From Mytilus trossulus (Eukaryota), in contig NC_086375.1 in assembly GCF_036588685.1 (NCBI RefSeq), positions 62,310,001-62,374,000 on the forward strand: DNA of 64,000 bases, given 5' to 3'. Of the stretch, positions 29,070 through 41,102 are shown one piece after another. The position numbers and the translations under genes are program-made. Within the stretch, counting starts at the first letter, position 1. Every line of letters starts with the position of its first letter. Below the pieces are notes generated by a model, which was not told the origin of the DNA, made no database searches, and saw only the letters and a program-made list of their open reading frames with translations.

Positions 29070-31450
29070 TGTGAATGACATATCATGGTTATTGAATGTG
29101 TCATGGCTATTACATATCATGGTAAATAATATGTGTTATGAATATGACATATCGTGGTTAATATGTGTTATGATTATTACATATCATTGTTGAAGATATG
29201 TGTTATGGCTATGCCATATTTTGGTTAATGGAATGTGTTATGACTATGACATTTCATGCTACTTATATAGTTTATGACTGGTATATCATAGTTGTTGGTA
29301 TGTGTTATGACTGGCATATCATGGTTGTTGATATGTGTTATGACTGACATGTCATGGTTGTTGATATGTGTTAAGACTGGCATATCATGGTTGTTGATAT
29401 GTGTTATGACTGACATGTCATGGTTGTTGATATGTGTTAAGACTGACATGTCATCGTTGTTGATATGTGTTATGACTGGCATATCATGGTTGTTGATATG
29501 TGTTATGACTGGCATGTCATGGTTGTTGATATGTGTTATGACTGGCATATCATGTTTGTTGATATGTGTTATGACTGGCATATCATGGTTGTTATTATGT
29601 GTTATGACTGACATGTCATAGTTGTTGATATGTGTTATGACTGGCATATCATGTTTGTTGATGTGTTATGTATGGCATGTCATGGTTGTTGATATGTGTT
29701 ATGACTATGACTACGACATATCAATAATAAGAGTAATACCATAGACACTTTATGGATAATGATATATGTTATGTCTATGACATATCATAGTTAATGATAT
29801 TACTTTTATGACTAAATCGTGGTTGATAGTATGTAGTATGACCATAACTTATTGTGGTTAATAATATGTTTTATAAATATGACATTACATGGTTAATATT
29901 TAGTGTTATGACTATGACATAATAATTAATAATATGTGCTATAACTAAGACATTTCATGGCTGAGAATATATGTTACGACTATGACATTTCATAGTTAAT
30001 AATATGTTTTATGACTGTGACATTTTATGGTTGATAGTATATGTTACGACTATGACATTTCATGGTTAATAATATATTTTATGACTGACATTTTATGGTT
30101 GATAGTATATATTACGACTATGACATTTCATAGTTAATTATATGTTTTATGGCTGTGACATTTTATGATTGATAGTATATGTTACGACTATGACATTTCA
30201 TAGTTAATAATATGTTTTATGGCTGTGACATACTGTAAATTATGATATGTGTTATTACTGTGACATGGCATGGTTAATACTATGCGTAATGTGTATGACA
30301 TATGATGGTTAATAATATGTGATATGACTTAGAAATTTAATGGTTAATAATATATGCTATGTGTTATGACTATGACATTCATGGTTAATAATAAATGTTA
30401 TGACTATCCCATATCATGGTTTATAATATATGTTACGACTAAGACATTTCATGGTTAATGATATGTCCTATTACTAAGACATATCTTGGTTTACAATTTT
30501 TTTTTTATGACTTCGGCATAGGTAATAGTATGCAGTAAGGCTATAATTAGTTATCAAAGGTACCAGGATCATAATTTAGTACGCCAGACGCGCGTTTCGT
30601 CTACATAAGACTTATCAGTGACGCTCAAATCAAAATATTTATAAAGCCGAAGAAGTAAAAAGTTGAAGAGCATTGAAGATCCAAAATTCCAAAAAGTTGT
30701 ATAACATATACGATGGTAAAAATATGCTTAATAACTATACCATTTCATGGTTTCAAAATAATATGTGTTATGGGTATGATAAATTATGGTTAATTTTATG
30801 TTTTATGATTATAACAGTTCATGGTGAATAATATATGTTATGACTAAGACATTTCATTGGGTTAAAATATGTGTTATGACTATAACATACTGTTGTTAAT
30901 ACAAATTTATTATGTGATATGACTATGACATTTTATGGTTAATGATATGTGTTATTACTATGACATTTCATGGTTACTAATATTACAATATTACTTTTTA
31001 TGACTATGACATATCATGGTTAATAGTATGCAGTTAGACTATAACAGATTATTAACATATTATGATAAATAATATGTTTTATAACTATGACATTACATGA
31101 ATGATAAAATGTGAAATGAATATGAAATTTCATGATTGAAATATATGTTATGACTATGAAATTTCATGGTCAATAATATCATTGTTTACGACATGTTATT
31201 TCCATGACTAGTCATGGTATGTGTTATGACTATTATATTACAAAGGTTTATACTATATGTTATAACTATGACAAATCATGTTTTATAATATATGTTGTTC
31301 AATAATATATGTTATGACTACTATATTACACAGGTTAATACTATATGTTATAACTATGACAAATCATGTTTTATAATATATGTTGTTCAATAACATATGT
31401 TATGACTATTATATGTTATGGCTTATAATATGTGTTATGACTATGCTATC
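29070..31450. repeat. 33-bp minisatellite with a homogeneous core at about 29280-29700 and diverged flanks
   Basis: Core unit atgtgttatgactggcatatcatggttgttgat; flank units resemble atgtgttatgactatgacatttcatggttaata. Confidence 0.95.
30547..30700 (+). mobile_element. Terminal fragment of a TIR element inserted in the 33-bp array
   Basis: Begins gttatcaaaggtaccaggatcataattt; the reverse complement of this end occurs at about 35310-35336. Confidence 0.65.
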
Positions 31451-32879
31451 GCTGGCATGGCTATGTTAATAAACTTTGTGTCTATGAAAGCTCATGCAAT
31501 GACTTATACACTGTACATCATGTACAGTACCTGAATTCAATAGGTGTTGCAACTATCACACTTCATATTTAGTATATGTGAATGACATTTTTATGGTCAA
31601 ATATACAGTATGACTTACTCTCGTGTGAAGATGTGTTTCGATAACATATATCAAATAGGTATATTGTCGGTTCTCTATGAACCTAGAGATGTGTCTAAAC
31701 ATATGTGGTGTCTATAGACATCTCATAGGTTAAACATTTATTATGTCTATGACATCTAGTAAGTATGCTAGTAGTCTACGACATATCATTAAATATAATG
31801 TCAATAACTTGTCATGATATGGCTAACATATGCTGTGTACTTTATACTGAATAATTTGTCATGTCTTTGACATCTAATGGTTATGCTTATATACATGAAT
31901 ACGAAGTATGTCTACAACATATCATTAAATATAATGTCAATAACTTGTCATGATACGGCTAACATACGCTGTGTACTTTATACTGAATGATTTGTCATGT
32001 CTTTGACATTTTATGGTTCGGCTAATACGAGGAATGTCTATGGCTTACCATGGTGCAAATTGTCGATGACATGTCATTCTTAGGTTGAAATATGTTACGT
32101 CTAGATGCATCTCATGGTTAGGTTAGTATGTGTTTTGTATTTGACATCTATCAATAACATTGTGAAATGTTTATTTAATATACGGTTATAAGATTAAATA
32201 GTTATCTGATGTTTGTATTGTATAACTTGATGAAGTAATGCAAATAATTGTATTTCGTGCAAATCGATCGACAAATTAAGAAATCATGTCTGAATAATAA
32301 GAGTGGTTAAAATCATCACAAACGCTTCACCTGATTTTTCTAATTATATTCGAAAAAATGTAAAATGGCAAATTCTCGAATTCTACGTTCGGCTATATAA
32401 ATGATGTCTTTTAACTGAACAAGATTAATAAGGAAATGCGGTTGTGTAACCTGCTATTGTGCTACTAAAGTCAAACTTAATAGTCTTTGTGGAGAAGGGG
32501 ACAAACTGTAAAGAGATATACGAGGAAGGAAGCTATTTGTGTTGCCCCTTTAATAACAATGGTTTCAATCTGAAAAGAAAATTCGCAACATAACTATGCT
32601 GAATCACTTATTTTTAAAGATCAAAACCCTTCTATTGTCTGTCATGTTAAAGAGACAAATAATCTTTTCATCAAAAACTTAAAACTTGGTCAAAATGAAA
32701 GAAAAACATTGTTTATAGTTTATTGTTACATTACATTAATTACTTGGGATTGGTTCAACTGACATGCTGTATAACAATGTATATATTCACATACAACATT
32801 GTCTAAATAGAAATCAAGTGTTTTATATCGGATATTCGTATAAACAACATTGCGTGGGACATCAAACAGTCCATTTAAT

Positions 32880-33725
32880 TGTTTTGCATTGTGGCAGTAT
32901 CATTAAATGTCCCGACATTGATATAATATCATAATAAATATGTTCATACGTTATGGCAATATCATTATATGTTCTTACGTTGTGACAATGTCATTACACG
33001 TTCTTATGTTGTGACAATGTCATTATGTTCTTACGTTGTGACACTATCATTACATGTACTTACGTTGTGACAATATCACTACATGTACTTACGTTGTGAC
33101 AATATAAATATATGTGCTTACGTTGTTACAATATTATTACAATGTATATGTTCTTATGGTGTGACAATATCATAACATGTTCTTACGTTGTGACAACATG
33201 TTTTTACATTGTGACAGTATCATTATATGTCCTGACATTGAGATAATATTACTGTAAACATGTTCCTACGTTATGACAATAGCATCATATGTTCTTACGT
33301 TGAGACAATGTCATCACGCGTTCTTACGTTGTGATAATATCATTACATGTTATTACGTTGTGACACTATCACTACATGTGCTTACGTTGTGACAATATCA
33401 CTACATGTGCTTACGTTGTGATAATATCATTACATGTTATTACGTTGTGACAATATCACTACATGTGCTTACGTTGTGATAATATCATTACATGTTATTA
33501 CGTTGTGACAATATCACTACATGTGCTTACGTTGTGACAATATCACTACATGTGCTTACGTTGTGATAATATCATTACATGTTCTTACGTTGTGACACTA
33601 TAATCGTATGTTATTACGTTGTGACAATTTCATTACATGTTCCTACGTTGTGACAACATCATTACACGTTCTTTCGTTGTGACACTATAATCGTATGTTA
33701 TTACGTTGTGACAATTTCATTACAT
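32880..33725. repeat. 29-bp minisatellite
   Basis: Unit ttacgttgtgacaatatcactacatgtgc, with alternating variants giving local 58-bp dimers. Confidence 0.95.
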
Positions 33726-34959
33726 GTTTTTTTACCTTACAACACAGAATGATGCACTGCAATACAAATTAGAATAGGTATGAAAAGTAGGTGTGATCAG
33801 TTACTATAAAAATCAATAGAAAGTAATGAACATTTCTTTTGTACTGTGCCTTTAATTCATATAATGCTACATGGAAGTACAGCGGTCGATGCTAGAGTGA
33901 AAGAAGACTTGACAGAATTACTATATCAGCAGACGAAGCAATTTGAATAATCTTTTTTATACCGTATTATTTTAGTTGAACCGAGTCATGGTTTATAAAT
34001 TAGTCAGGGTCTTCCAGAAGAAATTTTCGATTTTTGAAGATGATTTTCTACAAATATCATATGGTTGTAAGGCGGATTATAAACTTTTTTTTTATTAAAC
34101 AACATCAATTTAAAAATGATCGTTTTACGAGTATGTACTTGATTCATTCTATGTATCTTAGTTTTTAAATTAAAATGGGAGCAAAGGTGTGCGCATCGAA
34201 ACAATAACTTATCTTACAGTATTTAAATATTTGTTGTGAATCACGTCAAATGAACTGTGTTCAAAAAATGATTATCAAGCAAATATACTATCAGTAACAA
34301 TTTTGACATAGTTATCTATTTTATACCATTTTATACTAGACCCATTTCTCTTAAAATACTACATCAACCCACTCCATTTTGTTTGTATAACGATAAGCTA
34401 TCAGTATATAGGCTATCTGTCGATTTGAAGGGCTTAGTCAGAGTTTTAAAGGAATAGTATTTGTGACGTTATGTTTACCTAAGTATTACAACTATCTAGT
34501 GACATTGTCTTTGAATTAAGATATAAAGGTTATCGATGTCATCCTCCCTTTAGTTTTAAATGGTTTGTGCAAGTTCAAAGAACTAGAATTACCCTTATAT
34601 AGTATTCTATCAACATATATTATCTTTTATAGAGCAAAGGGTTTCACCAAATGTTAAGATTGAAATATGACAGTATAAAGTCAGTTTTCACTTGAGGATA
34701 TTACCTAATTTGTCTGGTATTTGTTTCGTCTCATATTAATACAGTTCAGTCAAATTTACCTTTTCTTTCTTTTTTTAGTTGTTGTTGCTGCTTGCTTACT
34801 TGTTCCTTTTCATACCGGGTGTAGCAATATATTTATTGCTAAGATGAAGATGAGAATAAAGTTTATGTAAAAATAAAATGCCTGGAATGCATGCTGAAAG
34901 CAGGTCAGTCAGAGTCTCCTCGTTCATAAACTCGAAGACTATTGAATCAGAGGAAAGTT

Positions 34960-35625
34960 TAATAGGTGGATGGCTAAATTCCTGTCACATTGGATTCAAG
35001 CAGAAGTATATATATAGTGGATGGAGAAATATCATCACATATTGATGTAGTATCTTGGGTACCCCACGGCTCAGCCATTGGGCCTTCGTTATTCATGTTC
35101 TACATCGAGTTGCAAGACATGCCTGATGCAATTTAATCCACTACCCGTCTATTTGCAGATGACAACATAGCATACCTCAGAGGCAGATTTAGGGGGGGGG
35201 GCTGGGGGCCCGGCCCCCCTCTTTTTGGGAAAAAATGTGGTTGCTTATATAGGGAATCACTGAAGCGTGACTGAAGCGGGCCCCCTCTTAGGTCAGTCAG
35301 TTAGTATAAAATTATAATCCTGGTACTTTTGATAACCAATTAGCCCCCAAAGATTTGAACGACCAACCCACACAAATTGACCGACTAGAGATGTTCCAGA
35401 GACGAGCTGCATGATATGTGATGAACAAATACCATAATCACACGAGCATTAGAACAAATTCTCATCCCTTGTAAATGAGAAAGTTGTAGTGACAAAAAAG
35501 GTCGGCTGATGCCACCTAAATGATTTTCAAGAATCATTCATGACAGAAGTTTCCAAATTCCAGCAGCGGAAATATTTTTCTTTCCACTAACCATCAAAGA
35601 TTGGAACACTCTCCCTCATGGAGTT
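34960..35625 (+). pseudogene. Decayed CR1/L2-type LINE reverse transcriptase fragment interrupted by MITE pieces
   Basis: Translates to VDGEISSHIDVVSWVPHGSAIGPSLF, STTRLFADD (FADD at 35152-35163), QRRAA and FFPLTIKDWNTLP, with stops and frameshifts. Confidence 0.8.
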
Positions 35626-36589
35626 GTTTTAACACCGTCAGTCGACAAAGCTGAACTTAATTCAAGCAATATGGGGGTTGGAGATGGAGGGTATGTATGC
35701 ACGTCGAAGTTATGACCAAATATTCAGTTTGTTGATTGTGGCCATTATCCGGTAGAAATAGAAGTACCTGTCATTGCTCTTTTTGGAACTTTAGAAAAGA
35801 TAGATTCCTGTACCATCTCATGTAATTTCTAATAATATAGTTTTTTTTACAAGTTTGACCAAACATTAACACACCAATACCTAACTTGAATATTTAAACA
35901 TACATTTCTTTAATTATATGTTTGAAATGTGGATGATAAGAATTGTTAACCTTGGTACACTTTGTTTTTGAGTTCTCAAAAGTAGTGATGAGGTCTATAA
36001 TATTAGATCTAGGAATGTGTCCCCTTAACAAATGGACAAAGATAGCATTATATTCACCTAGGAATTTACTCCTAGTGCAATTGAAAACTTTTTAAGGTCT
36101 AGCATCCACTAGATACATCAAGTTCAATGCATTTTGTGTTTCAAAAATACCATATATTATTTGGATTTTGAATGCCATTTGTTTTCAGTTCCTGCGGTCA
36201 AGTGTAAAACTATACTGATATGGGTTACATCTTTGAGATACTAGTACTCCCTCTGAGGTAACAACTGTTTTATATAGTTTGTATCTTTCTAAAACACAAA
36301 CATCACTTCAAACTTATATATCTAGTGGACGTCAGGTCGTAATAGCTATCAAATGTAGCAGACTATCCAATCTGAACAAAAATAAGTCTGTAGAAGTGTA
36401 AACACAGACATTTTTGTCCATTTTTTGTGATGATTCTTAATGAAATATTTACCCCAAAAGCCTATACTTTTAAGCGAGTGTATTGAATTGAAATTTTTTT
36501 AATTAATATTTCCCACATTATAGCTTAATTCCGTTTCCAAAAAAATGTTTGATAATAAGGTAATTGATTGATTTTTTTTTATGTTTTTT

Positions 36590-39197
36590 ATAACCATCTG
36601 TGACTTTACTTGCATCATCTGTCAGTTAACTAAGGGCTTACTTGGTCTGTATACCCGTGTTTGGTAAAACTCACTTGACATGCATACTTTTGCAGTAAAC
36701 TCTAAGCTTTTCTGGTATGTGGGGCCAGTGTTTGTTATAACCATCATTTGACATGCAGCCTCTGTCGGTTAACTATTAGCCTACCTGGTCTGTAGGGCCA
36801 TTGTTTTTATAACCATCATTTGTCATGCAGCCTCTGTCGGTTATCGGTTAGCCTACCTGGTCTGTAGGGCCAGTGTATGTTAAAACCATCATTTGTCATG
36901 CAGCCTCTGTCGGTTTACTGTTAGCCTACTTGGTTTGTAGGGCCAGTGTTTGTTATAACCATCATTTGACATGCAGTCTCTGTCGGTTTACTGTTAGCCT
37001 ACCTGGTCTGTAGGGCCAGTGTTTTTTATAACCATCATTTGACATGCCGTCTCTGTCGGTTTACTGTTAGCCAACCTGGTCTGTAGGACCAGTGTTGTTT
37101 GTTAACTATTATTTGTCATGCACCCTCTGTCGGTTTACTGTTACCCTACCTGGTCTGTAGGGCCAGTGTTTGTTATAACAATTATTTGTCATGCAGCCTC
37201 TGTCGGTTATCTGTTAGCCTACCTAGTCTGTAGGGCCAGTGTTTGTTATAACCATCATTTGTCATGCAGTCTCTGTCGGTTATCTGTTAGCCTACCTGGT
37301 CTGTAGGGCCAGTGTTTGTTATAACCATCATTTGTCATGCAGCCTCTGTCGGTTTACTGTTAGCCTACCTGGTCTGTAGGGCCAGTGTTTGCTATAACCA
37401 TCATTTGTCATGCAGTCTCTGTCGGTTATCTGTTAGCCTACCTGGTCTGTAGGGCCAGTGTTTGTTATAACAATCACTTGACATGCAGCCTCTGTCGATT
37501 TACTGTTAGCCTACCTGGTCTGTAGGGCCAGTGTTTGTTATAACCATCATTTGTCATGCAGCCTCAGTCGGTTATCTGTTAGCCTACCTGGTCTGTAGGG
37601 CCAGTGTTTGTTATAACCATCATTTGTTATGCAGCCTCAGTCGGTTATCTGTTAGCCTACCTGGTCTGTAGGGCCAGTGTTTGTTATAACCATCATTTGT
37701 CATGCAGCTTCTGTCGGTTATCTGTTAGCCTACCTGGTCTGTAGGGCCAGTGTTTGTTATAACCATCATTTGTCATGCAGCCTCTGTCGATTATCTGTTA
37801 GTCTACCTGGTCTGTAGGGCCAGTGTTTGTTATAACCATCATTTGACATGCATTCTCTGTCGGTTTACTGTTAGTCTACCTGGTCTGTAGGGCCAGTGTT
37901 TTTTATAACCATCATTTGACATGCCGTCTCTGTCGGTTTACTGTTAGCCAACCTGGTCTGTAGGACCAGTGTTGTTTGTTATAACTATCATTTGTCATGC
38001 ACCTTCTGTCGGTTTACTGTTACCCTACCTGGTCTCTAGGGCCAGTGTTTGTTATAACAATCATTTGTCATGCAGCCTCTGTCGGTTATCTGTTAGCCTA
38101 CCTGGTCTGTGGGGCCAGTGTTTGTTATAACCATCATTTGTCATGCAGTCTCTGTCGGTTTACTGTTAGCCTACCTGGTCTGTAGGGCCAGTGTTTGTTA
38201 TAACCATCATTTGTCATGCATTCTCTGTCGGTTATCTGTTAGCCTACCTGGTCTGTAGGGCCAGTGTTTGTTATAACCATCACTTGTCATGCAGCCTCTG
38301 TCAGTTAACTGTTAGCTGACCTGGTTTGTAGGGCCAGTTTTTGTCATACCCATCACTTGACATGCAGCCTTGTTTAATTGACTCTAAGCTTACTTGCTTG
38401 ATCTGTAGGGCAAGTGTTTGTTATAACCATCACTTGACATGCAACCTTTTTCAATTAACGATAAGCTTACCTGGTTTGTAGAGCCAATGCAAGTTATAAT
38501 CATCACTTGATCGAGCGCCTCTGTTAGTTAACTTTACGCTTATCTAATCTTAGGGGCCAATGTTTTTTTTAACAATCACTTGATCTGCAGACTCTGTTAG
38601 TTTACTGTTAGCCTACCTGGTCTGTAAGGCCAGTGTTTTTTATAACCATCATTTGTCATGCAGCCTCTGTCGGTTATATCTTAGCCTACCTGGTCTGTAG
38701 GGCCAGTGTTTGTTATAACCATCATTTGTCATGCAGCCTCTGTCGGTTATCTGTTAGTCTACCTGGTCTGTAGGGCCAGTGTTTTTTATAACCATCATTT
38801 GTCATGCAGCCTCTGTCGGTTATCTGTTAGTCTACCTGGTTTGTAGGGCCAGTGTTTGTTATAACCATCATTTGTCATGCAGCCTCTGTCGGTTATATGT
38901 TAGCCTACCTGGTCTGTAGGGCCAGTGTTTGTCATAACCATCAGTTGTCATGCAGCCTCTGTCGGTTATCTGTTAGCCTACCTGGTCTGTTGGGCAAGTG
39001 TTTGTTATAACCATCATTTGACATGCAGCCTCTGTCGGTTATCTGTTAGCCTACCTGGTCTGTAGGGCCAGTATTTTTTATAACCATCACTTGTCATGCA
39101 GCCTCTGTCGGTTAACTGTTAGCTGACCTGGTTTGTAGAGCCAGTTTTTGTCATACCCATCACTTGACATGCAGCCTTTATTAATTGACTCTAAGCT
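36590..39197. repeat. 73-bp tandem satellite, left part
   Basis: Unit gtttgttataaccatcatttgtcatgcagcctctgtcggttatctgttagcctacctggtctgtagggccagt, about 35 copies. Confidence 0.97.
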
Positions 39198-39368
39198 TGT
39201 ATCGTAAAGTGGTTTTACTAAAAACTGCATGTAATAACAAAGACGTCTAAACTGTATGAATTTGTATTGATGACTAAAGGTACAATATTAACGTCATAAG
39301 AACACGACGTTCGATATACAATAAAGCCGCGTTACGTTAACGTTCTCTTCTGTGCGTGATTTCCAACA
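39198..39368 (-). repeat. Putative 3' LTR (171 bp, TGTT…TACA)
   Basis: Begins TGTTGGAA after GGGCCGCAGAA downstream of the pol stop and ends ACA at the satellite junction. No second LTR is present to confirm it. Confidence 0.6.
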
Positions 39369-41102
39369 TTCTGCGGCCCACGAAAAAGTGAAAATTTAAA
39401 AACTTGTAAAATAATTAAAGTCTCTTTGTTAAAATAATAAAATGAAATTAACTTTAAAGTCCATAATATAATGTCACTTTGAATTATCGTTCGATTATCT
39501 GTTCATGTTCTCCCTGTAGTCCAAGTCCTGATTCGTTCTACTGCTACACGTTTTGCCTTGAGATCTTTCGGTGTGTTCGAATCATTGTCCTGTTCCTTTG
39601 TGTCGCATATATTGACTTCATTTGTACTTATTTCCAAAGGGTAAAGTTTCTTTATTGGCCTTGATGTTATTCCGTTTTTCGTTCTTAACATAACTGACCT
39701 TATGAGTCCATCTTGTCCAAAAACAAGTTCTTTTATAATAGCTAGTTGCCAATTAATCCTGAGAGTTTCATCGTATATTTGAACAATGTCACCAACTTTG
39801 ATATCCTGTTCATTATTACCGTTGATGCGATGAAATTCGCGTAAAGCGGTTAAGTATTCCTTCTTTCATCTACACCAGAAATGCTTAATTATCTGGCATT
39901 GCACTGTATAAAGTTTGTTGGAGGAAGAATGCGTAAAGTCTTGTACAAGGTTCTCATCGACGTGTTGGTTGCTAGGATACGGTAATGATATGATTTTCCT
40001 TCCATATAATAAATGGGATGGAGTCAGTGGGTCCTCGTCTATCGGATCTGTAGATATGCATGTCAACGGACGGTCATTTAGAATCGCCCCTACTTCTATT
40101 ACTGTAGTATTAAGTACATCTAAACTCACATAAGATCGTCCTAAAACTTTCTTGATACAATTTTTCGTTAATCCAATGAGTCTTTCCCAAAAACCGCCAT
40201 ACCAAGGCGATCGCTTCGGTATGAACTTTCACTCTGTCCCTTGACTATTCAATGTTGCTTGAAATGGGTGATGAAGTTAGCCTTTCAATTTCTTTCGCTG
40301 ATGCTACGTATGTTGTCGCATTGTCAGATAACATGATTTTTGGTAGTGATTTCCTACTTGAGAATCTGCGGAAAGCTAAAATAAACTGTTCTTCTGTTAA
40401 ATCTGTAACTATTTCTAAGTGAACAGCTCTGGTGCTAGCGCACGTAAAAAAGACATATGTATACCTTACTGTCTTTTCCATTCTTATTCCTAACTTTTAA
40501 CGCTCCAGTAAAATCTACACCAGTAACAGGGCAAGGAGGCGCTTCGCGCAGTCTGTCTTTTAGTAAAGGTGGTGCTTCTGGGGTACGGTTATGTTGTCCT
40601 GTAACTTTTTTACATGTGACGCATTTACGCAAACTAGTTTTGATGGATTTGCGGTATCCAGTAAGATTGTCTCAATAATGTAACTGTGCCGTTAACTCCT
40701 GAATGTAAGCTTCGCTTATGTGCATCTTGTATTATCAAATTTGTGAGTTTGTCATGTGCTGGTAAAAGTATCGGATATTTCGCCATATCGCTAATTTGTG
40801 CATTGTGTATTCTTCCCGCACAACGAAATAATTTGTCCTCGTCCAAATATAATTTAAGTTGTTTGAACACCGACAAAAGACAACGTGTGCACCTGGACAG
40901 AGAGGTTAACAAATGACCTGTACGTCGACAACATTATTTCAAGTTTTTCGGAAGAAAACGATTTAATAAATTCCTGCAACATCTCACTTTTTGAAGCCCA
41001 TGATCTAAGATTAAATCCTGCGTTGGCAAATAATGGTCGAGTCTGGTTGTAGTAATTTTTTAAATCGTTTTCTTCCGAAAAACTTGAAATAATGTTGTCA
41101 GC
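39198..41102 (-). mobile_element. Truncated BEL/Pao LTR retrotransposon (RT fragment, integrase, DUF5641-like tail, 3' LTR) inserted in a satellite
   Basis: Frameshifted pol segments: LYVDN and GFNLRSWAS (RT), GRIHNA..YPILLP, HKRSLHSG..CVTC zinc-binding motif, GVDFTG, TCASTRAVHLE, SDNA, PWYGGFWERL, LNDRPLT..LTPSHLLYG, RPIKKLYPLE. Confidence 0.93.
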
